Source of the DNA: Phoronis australis
Lineage: Eukaryota > Animalia > Phoronida
Direction: 5' to 3'
DNA: 64,000 nucleotides
Assembly (NCBI GenBank): GCA_002633005.1
Contig: NMRA01000477.1
Coordinates: 225,568 to 289,567 of the forward strand
Position 1 is the stretch's first letter; each line of letters starts with the position of its first letter. Shown one piece after another: positions 13,586 through 26,700 of this stretch. Below the pieces are notes generated by a model, which was not told where the DNA came from, did no database searches, and saw only the letters and a list, made by a program, of their open reading frames with translations. A program made the translations under genes and the position numbers.

Positions 13586-13645
13586 CTCTCTCTCTCTCTC
13601 TCTCTTCCTCATTCCCTTCCCTCCTCCTCTCTCCGTCTTTCCTTC
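13586..13645. repeat. (CT)n microsatellite / polypyrimidine tract
   Basis: Directly visible. Confidence 0.8.
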
Positions 13646-14608
13646 CCTGGGTCCGTCTGTCAGCCACTCTCGCTCTGTTGGCGGACCAACTGCACGTAAT
13701 GATTTAGTCGCTGCACGATTTGTTCGTATGCGACTTTTTAGCTGGAATTGCCCGACGTGTCGGAACACACTTTAGCCGCTTAGGACAGTCGCATCAGAAA
13801 AATCGGTGTGTTTAGCCCTGCACCTGCACTCCAGCTGACTCCAATTTTTCGTGTACGAAGATGTTAAATTTTTGTCTGTCTTGAGTTTTTCAGCTCCCTT
13901 TGACAATTTCTTGCGTAACATATTTCTCATGTCAAACGAAACTGAGATATCAGTCTGTGAGCTGTTAAAAAATCATGAGTGACTTGGGAACTCATGAAAC
14001 GGGACTTTCTAGCGCCCTTATCCGTTTGTTTATGGTACTCTTGTTTTGGAGATTGGAGAGAGATTTGGGAAACTTGACTTTGGCGGGGGGTTCAACACAT
14101 TTAGGCCATTGCACTGCTACTGCTGGCGGGTGGACGATAAACCACAAAGGCCTAAACTTGACAAAGCAAAGGACGGTGCAATATATTCGCATAAATATGC
14201 TCATTAATTAGCTGGAGTTTGTGTATTCTATTGATTAACCCGTCATAAAACTAATCATATAACCTGTCTGTTTTAATATAGAGCACATCTTTAATTGTTT
14301 TGTAATTCGTGGAGAAAAATCATGCCATGTATGTCACACACTTATGACGTGTTAGCGGGATTAGATATGTGTGGAAAAGTTTTTATTTGCACTATTTTTA
14401 CCCTTGACATCTCCTTAAATTCCGCAATTTCTAGAAATCAGTTAGAAATCGTGTTCTGGCTTTCCAAAAGTCTCACTCCTGCCGTCTTTGCTGAATTACA
14501 TGATGACTAGAGCTGTGGTAACAGATGCAGTCATTTTAATATAATCGCCTCAGTGGAAACTAATTTCCCTGTCTAGATAGGCCGACCATGGCTGCATAAT
14601 AGTCTTTA

Positions 14609-14855
14609 GGCCCTTTTCCACAAAGTTAACTTCGCTGCTATCGAAGCTTTGATGTTAACTCTGGTTAACCTCGAAGTTAGCATCCGTCAGTGTTCCCGTC
14701 AGACTTTCTGGTGCTGGGTGTGTACGTGGATAATACGGTGTGCGTGTCTTGGCCTGAAAATTACCAGCATCGTGCGTGGATTGGAGGACCCGGAAGAAAG
14801 GATCTGTATGCTGAGAGATTCCATGTTGACACTTGTTTGGAATTTGTACTTTTAA
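14609..14855 (+). mobile_element. PIF/Harbinger-like transposon relic (left end plus decayed transposase N-terminus)
   Basis: TTA followed by GGCCCTTTTCCACA; ORF segment WCWVCTWIIR...LG...LEDPEE...MLR resembles the WVRxW...EDP...LRM Harbinger N-terminus; right TIR not found. Confidence 0.5.
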
Positions 14856-15989
14856 CAAATTAATATAAGAAGTGCCATGCAACAAACATAAGAATACTCG
14901 GTAGACCTTCTGTAGGTTTTTGTAGTTGGGAAAAATAACATATTAGTTAACCGAGATTTGTAGAGTTTCAAGCTCAAAATGAATCCTTTTGCTGCCAAAT
15001 AAATTGCGAAAAGCACCCAAAGGAAGCATACCCACGGGCTGCCCACATAGGCCAGTTCTACTACCAATCACAGTTAATTGTATATAAAATACGTTTCATT
15101 TTCAAAACGTTCATCTTGTCTAAATACCGCTCTGGTACCTTTCCCACGAAAATTTATGAGACAGAGCCTTTGTCATGAATGGAGTTGGACAATAGATTGT
15201 GTACCGTCCGTCTTGTTGAGCCGCTCGTGTCAACTAGTTGATCTTATATCTGATGCCCAATCTAAATTTTTGCTCTTCAGGAGAAACTTTAAATTATTTT
15301 TGGGATTTTCTGTTGTGCAACCTCAAGATCAGTGTCTACTGAGTGCTCAAGAGTACATGGTGAATTATGCATACGAGTTTCTAGTCCACGTTTGCACTTG
15401 ATAATACTCCCAGATTCGAGCTGCAAACTCAAGTAAAACTCAAAATTTTGAGTTTAGAATCAGTACGTCATCAAGGGCAAGCCGTTATGTATCCGAACAT
15501 GGAATAAAAGACATTTACCTTTAGTCGCCCACTAGTACAACAGAAAAATGTCAAAACTTATTTGGAGTTCGCATTCAAGTAAAAAGATTGGATCCCCTAC
15601 CATACAGGATATAGGCAATGTTAATAGGCCCTGCTCAATCCAGTAAATTCTGCAACGTCAATCCACTATTACAGCACAACTACGAGTGTGGTCGAGGCGG
15701 ATGGAACTGACTCTGTAAAGTTTCGGCTGTTGTACATTGATACATGCACGTCACGTCGGACAAAGGGGAGGGTGGGGCGGTGGGGGGGGGGGTCAGGGAG
15801 GTGTACGCACTATTAGAGTACTAGAGTGTACCAAATAATCTGTAAATTCGTGGAATTATGGACTCCTGTGCACATACTGTTCCAGTTTCGGAGTTTACAA
15901 ACAAAAAACTCAACAAGACAAAGTGGTGGTTTAAAGCATTTCTATTTTTAACTAAAACACAGTGCATTACATGAATGTAAAATGTCAGG

Positions 15990-15995
15990 TTTATT
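15990..15995 (-). terminator. Candidate AATAAA polyadenylation signal of the PKHD1L1-like gene (3' UTR about 1.6 kb)
   Basis: AATAAA on the minus strand, followed by a GT/T-rich tract near 15900-15925; composition shifts to CpG-richer, repeat-like DNA beyond it. Confidence 0.45.
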
Positions 15996-17557
15996 ATTTC
16001 CAGAAAACAATCTTCAAAAAAGCAAAACTAAAAATCTGTTCATTCCCATGCCCTAACAGTTTTAATCCTATTTTAACAAACATCACACTGCGTTAAACAC
16101 AACCCTTGAAACATTTTGAAAATCACAGACAAAAAAGGAAAGTGTGACCCAGGTCACCAACAGCTTTACTCAAATGCGAATAATTTCCAAAAACTTTTAG
16201 AAAAAGTAAGATTCATCTGATTACCTAACTGTTCAGTACAGTATATAAATATTCTTGTCGAGTACACCTAAGTATATTCTGCAGCAGATGTGACAGATAC
16301 TACAAACCTTCCACAGAATAACGAAGCTAATGTTGATTACTCACAGAATAGTTGTCAATCTCTACAACATCATTGTTGGATAACACAGTGGTCCAATTTC
16401 TATCACAGATATACTTATCACAGACTATTGCAGCCAAAACTATTATAAGATTTAACAAACTGCAATTCATACCATAATTTTGATGCTAGTGAAATAAAAG
16501 TAAAACTGAAGCTTCAAGTAACCAGAACCCTATTGCTTGTAATGAAGGTTTGAAATTAACTGTAACATAACAAAGGTTTGAAAACAAAATAATCTGGATG
16601 GAATATTTTTTTGACAAAATTAATTTAAAAGTAAAAATTAACCTAACAAGTATCAAGGCATAAAACAATATTAATAAACCATTTTAAGATTCTCTTTCCT
16701 CTATTTTCTTCATACCTTTCATCTGGCAAGAAACATCACTAATATTGTCACTTTTAAAAATTACAGTCTGTTTACACTTGCATTTTGCTATTATTGTTTA
16801 AGCATACGAAAACTGCAGCTTACTGGGGTTACAATTGCATTGGCACAAATGAGAAACATAAAAGTACATTTGTCTGTTTACTCCTAGAAACACTGTCTTG
16901 ATGAAAGAGCATGATTTGGAAATACAGTTTTGACTAAAAGATTGGTGACTGTAAAGTTTATGAAATATTCAATTAAAGTGATGGGGAAACAATATCCTCC
17001 AAACAGGAATAAAGGTGCTTTTAATCACAATCGTCTTCAGCTACAACCACACAACGCCTAAGGAAAGAAGATAAAAGAAAAAAAAGATATAATGCAATAA
17101 AACGTTAAATGTATTTTGAAACCCACAACAAGTAACGAAGCACAACCTCTATATAGCAGAGCAATACAACAATTATGGCTGAAAATAGATCCCATATAAT
17201 CACACATAGCCGCACACACTACATTATAAATCCATTCTGCAACTGTGAACTAAACGATATTACCACAGTAGCCTACACGAAACTGCAGTCCACATGGAAT
17301 ATAAAATGATTGGAACGAACATTTTAAAAACACTGCAAAAATATTTTCATGTTAACAAAGAAGTGAAGCACTAAAAATAGGTCAAGTTATGGTATCTTCA
17401 TTTTTCACTAAAAGTCAGCTGATTGAGAATAATTTTGTAATGGTTGATGCCATATAAAAGAAATGTTAACATTTGGTTCATGTCACTAAGAACGGATCTA
17501 CAACTCAAAATTCGTTCTCGGTTGTCGTTAGTGATGGTCTGTCGCTCTCTTCACCGT

Positions 17558-17775
17558 CTATTCCACGCTAGGCATCTGAGTGGATTGGCACCGAGGACTG
17601 TGGCAGTCAGTTTGTCGCAAGACCGACTGAGAACGTATGGAAGTGTTGGTTGCACGGCTGCCACCATGTCGCCGCGGCGAGTCTTGCTGCTCATTGTGAT
17701 GATCGACAGAAGCAACATCCTGAGTCGTGAGTGAACTTGGCCGAGACAGAGTTTCAGTGGAACCCACTTTCTTAA
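17558..17775 (-). CDS. PKHD1L1: Terminal coding exon (Ser/Thr-rich cytoplasmic tail)
   Basis: ttgcag|TT AAG AAA in phase with the TM exon; VKKVGSTETLSRPSS...TQMPSVE-stop. Confidence 0.72.
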
Positions 17776-20700
17776 CTGCAACAGAAGTAGGTTGTTGTTA
17801 ATATATGCACGTGTTCTCCACTTACCAGCTACGCAGTATCTCTTCCCACAACAACGTGGCATTCCCATGTCGCAGTTCTTTTCTCATGAGCTGTATTTGT
17901 TCTCACAAACCACAATTATTCCTACCACAAACGCTTTTATCATCAGCCATAAAAATAAATAGCGAAAACACCAGCGTGATTCGTGCAACAGGAAGATTGT
18001 CTTCCCTGAATCGGACACACGGCAACCTACAAGTAACAGACTGCAGTCCAGCCAACTTTAGAATAGAAATTGAAGTACAAACAACCCTGATTTTACAATT
18101 CACAATCTGCTGTAATAGGAGTACGTAGTCATTGCCACTATCTTCACCACAGCCATCGGAGACTCCATCTAATGACATATCTACACCTTTTAGTTGCTTG
18201 GAATTCATATGAGGCTGATGACAAATAACGATCATTGAAAACACCAATCTCTTTTGATCAGGTATTGCTCAGTGACTACCAATCATCTCATCAATTATCC
18301 CAAATGATTATAAACCTTGCATGAAATATTATTAACCATAAAATATGAAATCTTATAAATCACTCATATCATATCACAGAATTCAAATGAATTCATACAA
18401 TAGTCTTTATAATGTGCCTGTGCGTACACCACAAGCTAGACTGCAAGTCGATTTAACTGCTCAAGTGCAGGTGGGTATTTTTAACCACATTTACCACATT
18501 CACAGGAGTTCAAAACTATGAACCAGAGTCTGCCCCAAGCTACACCACTCATATGGTTCACAGTTTGTTGGTGGTGCAGATACTCATTGCCACTACCGTT
18601 ACCACAACCACCAGGGGTTCAAACGCTCGAGACAGTGTCTCTACCATCAATATTTAAAGCTGATGGTCAATTCTACAGTTCTCATAAAGTCATTGAAGCA
18701 ATTAACTCACCATTCTTCTTCTTGAGTAAGAACACTACAATAATTATGACCACGATGACGACCAGGCCTCCTACAGCGCCACCAACAATAGCTGCAATAG
18801 GGACGGAGGGTGAAATGGACCGCTGAAAAGAACAGAACGAGTTTATTACACAGTATTTCAGTATTCGTAAAAATCACACAAAGTCACACATACCAACTCT
18901 TAAATAAGACAACTGTCTTCCCACTGAAATCTGCACCACTACCATAGTGAACAGAGAAGAGAATTCTCTTCAAGGTCTTAGGAACAATATCTCATAATAA
19001 CGTGTCTCAAATGATTTGATGACTCATCCACGACTTTCATAATAGGCAAACTTTGCAGTGAAAATTTGGCATAACACAGAGGAACTGTTCACAAAGTTCA
19101 ACTGAAAAGAAAAGAATTGGAGACAGAAAAATACAAAAATAGAATAAAGCAAGTTTGTTTATTAGTGCTAAGGATGATGCTCACTTTCGAAAATTTCAAA
19201 AATTGAAGGAAAAGAATTTGAATGTGTCATAATTCTAACAGTCCAGTATATCCAACTTAATAAGACCATTGTCCGGTAAATGGACTACATAAAGTTTCCA
19301 TTACATTCTAAGAAGTTTGTTACATCCTGCAAATGAAAAATTACACAACGTTGAATGACCACTGAGTTTACATGAAGTTGTTTTCTCCCAATTCTTGACA
19401 CAGCACAACAATATACAACCATTTATGACATGTCATCTATGCAGTTGATGAGCCAACATCTTATCCCTGAACACAGTATCTAATCATTATCATGCTGCAT
19501 CACCCCAGTGCAATTTTGCAAGTTAACTGGAGGTGTGTCATGTCAGTGGTAAATTTTCAAGTTCATCGATGAGACTAGATGCTCTAATTGTTACAACTGC
19601 AAGATCAATCCCCAAGCAAGGGTCAGTAAGGTTGACCTGACTGACCAGACTACAGCCTCTGTACAGTTGACCTGAGTGCTGCTAAGGATATCATAAACCA
19701 AACTGCAAATATCTTACCAACAACATATTATTCTGATGAACAGACGGTATTGTTAGCCAATACCAATCAATAACAGATTAAGACTTTATTAACAGTGGAT
19801 GCACAAAAAGTGTAACCCACATACAGAAGCTAATATACAACCGACCAACACATCTCGCAGATGGAAGAAGTAAAATGATGCTAAATAGCTAAGGCACGTA
19901 TTCTACAGTCAACAAATGATAAATTTTTGTTTCATATTTAGGAATCATTACTAGTTACTCACCACGTGACTTGTTTTTTTCAATGAGGGCATCTCCACAG
20001 TCTTAAGAAAATTTAATTTACAAATTAACACTAAATGATATCATCTTGTAATTAAAGCAGCATTTCGCCCTCTATAAAAGGATTAAGAACCGAATTAATA
20101 CATAGGCCGTTCATAAAATCGGTCTCGTAATATATACTCCTTACTGCCACAAGAGTCCATTTCCATTAAGTACAACGAAACTGTGAACCACTTAAAGTAA
20201 AAGCTTCAGATGTTATAGAGATTGGCCAACCCTAAAGTTGCAAAGTTGAAAAGGGTGTACGTATGCATTGCTGTAAATTGAGAGATTCAAGAAAATGCTT
20301 CAGAAGTTACTGAGAATGGCCTACCCTAAAATTGGAAATTAAGAAATGCATATGCGTGCATGTCCAGTACATTGAGCAGGTAACACTGAAATAGAATCCT
20401 GTCACAATCAGGAGTATTACTGAGACCGATGTAAAAGGCTGATTTCAATTTTTGTTTCTTAACCAGATAAACAAGGCGAAATGCAAATTTAAGACCTTCC
20501 TGCATGTAAGTAACCTTCTGGTCAAGCAATTAAAACTTAAATTGCTAACCACACCTCTTGCACTGTAAGGATATAGGCAGAGACGTTGTGCATAGAAACA
20601 GGATGCGTTAACAAAATAAAAAGAGTTCATGACTCGTTTCAGGTGATGACTTGTGAAAGACATGGTCCCAAACTGGTATGCTATTCATCATAGAATCACT

Positions 20701-23700
20701 GATGTAGATTACATTAAGCAATGTTAAGGCATTTTGAGTTTGCTTGCTAACTACTGGCTGACAATTTGAAAGCCATGAACTTCACGGGTCTTAAACAGTC
20801 CTATTCCTAATAGGCATGACCCACAAATTATAGTAAACATAGAATATTATCAAAACTTCATTTCTTTTGAATTTTAGCATTACAGAGGAATTTGTTTATT
20901 ATGGTATAAAAAACTTGTGGACATGGCAAACATTTGCTGAGTTTAATTTAAAGTGTTTCTCTTCAACAAGGATAATGACATTTTTGGATAGAGCCCATGA
21001 GTACATATTCAAAAGAATACCATTTTGCATTATGCAACAATTTTTGTACCTAAAAATCAAGACTGCATGATTTTGAACATAAGAAATTTGCGGCAACAAT
21101 TTGGATATCCTACGCAGTATGGGTGAATCTTACTTACATATGGCTCTGTTGTTGTTATTGGCACATGGCTCTGGGTTGGGTTTATTGTATGCTGCTGAGT
21201 CTAATTAAGCAAAATTAGAAATTAACAGCCCAACGACATAAAATGCAAGTTTATATACAATTTAAATGTCCCTCATTGTAAATATTACATTAATAAATTA
21301 TAAATAAATAAATATATCAAGAGAACAAATTGTTCTAGTCTCAAATGTAACTAATGCAAAGATATCAATAGGACAGACTGTCCCAATGTTAGATGGTGAC
21401 TAACTTTAGTAGGACAGACTGTCCCAATGTTAGATGGTGACTAACTATAATATGACAGACTGTCCCAATCTTAGATGGTGACTAACTATAATAGGACAGA
21501 CTGTCCCAATCTTAGATGGTGACTAACTATAATAGGACAGACTGTCCCAATGTTAGATGGTGACTAACTTTAGTAGGACAGACTGTCCCAATCTTAGATG
21601 GTGACTAACTTTAGTAGGACAGACTGTCCCAATCTTAGATGGTGACTAACTCTAATAGGACAGACTGTCCCAATCTTAGATGGTGACTAGCTCTAATAGG
21701 ACAGACTGTCCCAATCTCGGATGATCACTAACACAGAGATATCAACAGAACAGACTGTCCCAGTCTCACATAATCACTAACACAGATATACCAATAGGAT
21801 ATACTGCCCCAGTCTCAGACGTCACAAACACCAAGACATCAATAGGACTGATAAGGTTCAGAGTTTATCCTCAAGGTCACTTACTAAAAAAATTAAAATA
21901 AGATTCAATTCAAGTGGGTAATTACTTACTGGTCCAGCCTGCGTTGTCAAACCACCAGAGGAGACCCCTGTGAGTCCAGAATGGAAACTTCCATTGACCT
22001 TCAAGTATGGTTGGGCGTCAAGGGTCATGGAGCCATAGCTGAGCTTCAGTCCAGCCTTGATGTCATTAGCCAGGTTTGTGATGGCAGAGTTTACTGAGAC
22101 GGTGCTGCCGGACATTGAAAACGTGACGACAACACTTCCTGTAGGAATGAGATAAGACAGGTGCACCAAACAAGATACAGCTTCTCGTCAGAAAAGTTCT
22201 GTTTGGACAACTTTCCGCTATACAACTGGAGTAACTTTATTCTTTAATACAATGCTTTATCTAATTATCGTAAACTGTTTAGCAGCATGGCCTGTACTCT
22301 ACAGTTATATAACACCATCTGGTTCAAGTTTAAATATTTTCAGCAAGGTACTGTAATCAGCACTGCAAAACTAGGTAAATGGCAATTTTGACAATCTATC
22401 ACGTTTGTGCAAAAAATAGTCTGAAGAATGACTACTCAGATGAAATGCAACTTCCTGGCTTGGGAACAAGCGACAGTGTGTTTAGTGCTTTGGCATAACC
22501 TTGCTAAGTTTGCTGCACTCTGTGAGTTATTCTCTGCACTAAAGGCACCAGGAAAAAACAAACTTGGAAGACATACTGCAAAAGTATTACTTCATCATTT
22601 GCATAATGGAGTGAGACTCTTTCAAAAGAAAAATGGATACCCACTAATGCAGCCATAATTATAGTAAGCACTCACCTTCTGTGACCACAGAGTTTGAGAT
22701 AATGACGTCGCAATTCTTCTTCTTGATACGGTTCATCACCATTGCCGTCACATACTTTTCAGTCACCTTGCTGAAATCAGCATCAAACCTCATGGTGACG
22801 GTTTGCGTGACCTCAGCAACAATGGCGGCACACTGAGTTGGACTGACATCAACAGCAGCTAGAAGAATGGGAATCAAGACCAACAATAAGATAAAACAAC
22901 TAAACCACTTAATGTGTCACATTATGTTTAACTTAGATTTAGTTACGAGTCATATTTATCAGGCTGAAACAATGCAGGCGAATAAAAATCACTTCTAAAG
23001 GTCAAAGTTGATCCAACAAAATCATGCGTTCAAGGTTGCCAAAGACTGTAAAATGTGTAACCTTCAGAAGAAAAAACAGAAATAAATGATTTCAAATATG
23101 AGTGTTCATGTCTCATATGTTCAAATGGCGTAACCAAGGACAACAGTTCTTTTTCTAGCTATTAACAGGAGGGCTTTTGGAAGACAGCTTCATTGCCCAC
23201 AAAGAGTTGTATGTTTAACTTAAAGTTTGCGCCCATCATTATAAGAATTATGCCACTGGCACAAGAATGCACTTAAATTTTGACACTGCCTTAAGTCCAA
23301 TAAGAAAGGCAAAGAAATAAAATTTGAGTGGCATTTGGAGCAGAAAATGACATAAATACATTTTCAGTGAGATCTATCGCAGACATAAAATGTGTTTTTA
23401 GTTGTTTTGGGAGGGTAATGTCGCCATCCAAAAGTATTGCAGGACAGCGGGAATCTTGGAAGTTAATAATTCGTATAATAAAGTAATTACCATAACTTGC
23501 TTTTTTCGTGTAGTAGAAATGTCAGACATTCAAGCAAAAAGAATACCTTAAATGCTCACCACTAGATATTTTAATTGAAAAAAATAGACATTTACCAGAT
23601 TCTCCTGTGAGTGAATACTTCGCAGGTGTTGANACACAGAGATATCAACAGGACAGACTGTCCCAGTCTCACATGGTCACTAATACAGATATACTGCCCC

Positions 23701-26700
23701 AGTCTCAGACGTCACTAACACCAAGACATCAATGGGACTGATAAGGTTAAGAGTTTATCCTCAAGGTCACTTACTAATTAAAATAAGATTCAATTTAAGT
23801 GGGTAATTACTTACTGGTCCAGCCGGCGTTGTCAAACCACCAGAGGAGACCCCTGTGAGTCCAGAATGGAAACTTCCATTGACCTTCAAGTATGGTTGGG
23901 CGTCAAGGGTCAAGGAGCCATAGCTGAGCTTCAGTCCTGCCTTGATGTCATTAGCCAGGTTTGTGATGGCAGAGTTCACTGAGACGGTGCTGCCGGACAT
24001 TGAAAATGTGACGACAACACTTCCTGTAGGAATGAGATAAGACAGGTGCACCAAACAAGATACAGCTTCCCGTCAGTTCTGTTTGGACCACTTTCCGCTA
24101 TACAACTGGTGTAACTTTATTTTTTAATACAATGCTTTACCTAATTATGGTAAACTCTTTAGCAGCATGACCTGTACTCTACTGTTATACAACACCATCT
24201 GGTTCAAGCTTAAATATTTTCAGCAAGGTAATCAGCATTGCAAAACTAGGTAAATGACAATTTTGACAATCTATCACGTTTGTGCAAAACAATAGCCTGA
24301 AGAATGACAGTGCTCAGATGAAATGCAACTTCCTGGCTTGGGAACAAGCGACAGTGTGTTTAGTACTTTGGCATAACCTTGCTAAGTTTGCTGCACTCTG
24401 TGAGTTATTCTCTGCACTAAAGGCACCAGGAAAAAACAAACTGGGAAGACTTACTGCAAAAGTATTACTTCATCATTTGCATAATGGAGTGAGACTCTTT
24501 CAAAAGAAAAATGGATACCCACTAATGCAGCCATAATTATAGTAAGCACTCACCTTCTGTGACCACAGAGTTTGAGATAACCACATCGCAATTCTTCTTC
24601 TTGATACGGTTCATCACCATTGCCGTCACATACTTTTCAGTCACTTTGCTGAAATCAGCATCAAACCTCATGGTGACGGTTTGCGTGACCTCAGCAACAA
24701 TGGCGGCACACTGAGTTGGACTGACATCAACAGCAGCTAGAAGAATGGCAATCAAGACCAACAATAAGATAAAACAACTGATCCACTTAATGTGTCACAT
24801 TATGTTTAACTTAGATTTAGTTACGAGTCATATTTATCAGGCTGAAACAATGCAGGCGAATAAAAATCACTTCTAAAGGTCAAATTTGATCCAACAAAAT
24901 CATGCGTTCAAGGTTGCCAAAGACTGTAAAATGTGTAACCTTCAGAAGAAAAAACAGAAATAAATGATTTCAAATATGAGTGTTCATGTCTCATATGTTC
25001 AAATGGCATAACCAAGGACAACAGTTCTTTTTCTAGCTATTAACAGGAGGGCTTTTGGAAGACAGCTTCATTGCCCACAAAGAGTTGTATGTTTAACTTA
25101 AAGTTTGCGCCCATCATTATAAGAATTATGCCACTGGCACAAGAATGCACTTAAATTTTGACACTGCCTTAAGTCCAATAAGAAAGGCAAAGAAATAAAA
25201 TTTGAGTGGCATTTGGAGCAGAAAATGACATAAATACATTTTCAGTGAGATCTATCGCAGACATAAAATGTGTTTTTAGTTGTTTTGGGAGGGTAATGTC
25301 GCCATCCAAAAGTATTGCAGGACAGCGGGAATCTTGGAAGTTAATAATTCGTATAATAATTTAAAAGTAATTACCATAACTTGCTTTTTTCGTGTAGTAG
25401 AAATGTCAGACATTCAAGCCAGAAGAATACCTTAAATGCCCACCACTAGATATTTTAATTGAAAAAAATAGACATTTACCAGATTCTCCTGTGAGTGAAT
25501 ACTTCGCAGGTGTTGACTGAACAGAGAAGGTCACATAATATCTGGCAGCAGCAGTGAATGTGATGTCAGAGAAGACCGCTTGGCTTGTAGATGGATTCAC
25601 AGTGACCGTAGTGGTGCCGGTGATAGCGCCACCATTGTACACATCAGGAGATGAGAGTGAGGCTGTAGCCTTCCATGTGTGACCCTATAATTAATGAAAG
25701 AGTATTATAGATGGAGCTCCACCTAGTGGTGCTGGTGATAGCACCACCATAGTACACATCAGGAGATGAGAGAGAGGCTATGGCCATCCACGTTTGACCC
25801 TATAATTAATAAATGAGTATTATAGATGGAGCTCCACCTAGTGGTGCTGGTGATAGCACCACCATTGTACACATCAGGAGATGAGAGAGAGGCTGTGGCC
25901 TTCCACGTTTGACTCTTTAAACAATGAATCAGTATTACATATGGAGCTCCACCCAGTGATGTCAGTGATGGTATCACCATGTGTATGTCAGGGGAAAAAG
26001 GGCAGTCATTGCCTTCCATTTTTGACCCTACAGCATAGATGTCTAATGAGTATGGAAGTGAAAGTGACACCTAACCATGCCAGTTATGGTGGCCTTGAAA
26101 ACAGCAAAAACAGCTGACGACTTTGTGCCCATCTCCATTAAAAATATCTCCCGTTTTAATTTCAATTGCCGATGGAAAGCACTCTTCAAATGCAGATATC
26201 TGTTCTCCCAGCAGTCTCTTGTCCAGCATCTACACATCGAACAACATGCTAGCCAGCTATGTAAAATGCTTCAAAGGGTTTTTAATTAAGTCAATAGTGA
26301 TTTGACGCTCCGCTTCACATAAATTAGATCAGCATTCATAATAATGCCATGAATTGGCACAGGCAGTTCTTGTACATATCTATTGACACAGTCCAAGATG
26401 CCATGGAATGAGCCGTGTTCCTAATGCATGCGACCTTACAACAGACGAATGGTGAGTTTAGAGCTTGGAAGTGAGACCAATTGATGGATGTCATGCACAC
26501 ACAAATACTGGTTAATCCTAGAATTCGGGTACAACAACAAACAAATGAATTTTACTCTGTTCGTGTAAAGCACTATCGACACACTCTGGTGTTACATATA
26601 TCATATCATATGGGACTGTTGTACATAACTAATTCTAGCGTGCACATGACAATCAGAGACAGCGTGAATAGAAGAGTGCAAAAATTGTAAAGAGAGGTGT

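Larger units (their letters stand above)
21731..25516. repeat. About 1.9-kb tandem duplication (21731-23632 and 23634-25516) joined at an N
   Basis: Both copies start ACACAGAGATATCAACAG and end GCAGGTGTTGA; single n at 23633. Confidence 0.92.

Noticed and set aside
15683-15735. tRNA-like A-box (TGGTCGAGGCGG) with a CTGTAAA loop
   Set aside because: No B-box or T-arm and no acceptor stem
21368-21850. CRISPR-like array of palindromic repeats
   Set aside because: No unique spacers, no cas genes, and it lies in a eukaryotic intron; it is a minisatellite
22428-24536. Duplicated plus-strand ORFs (MKCNFLAWEQ...)
   Set aside because: Intronic sequence that recurs only because of the 1.9-kb duplication
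21930-24736. In-frame tandem SEA-SEA domain duplication
   Set aside because: Phase mismatch (0 to 1) between copies, and the junction coincides with the N gap
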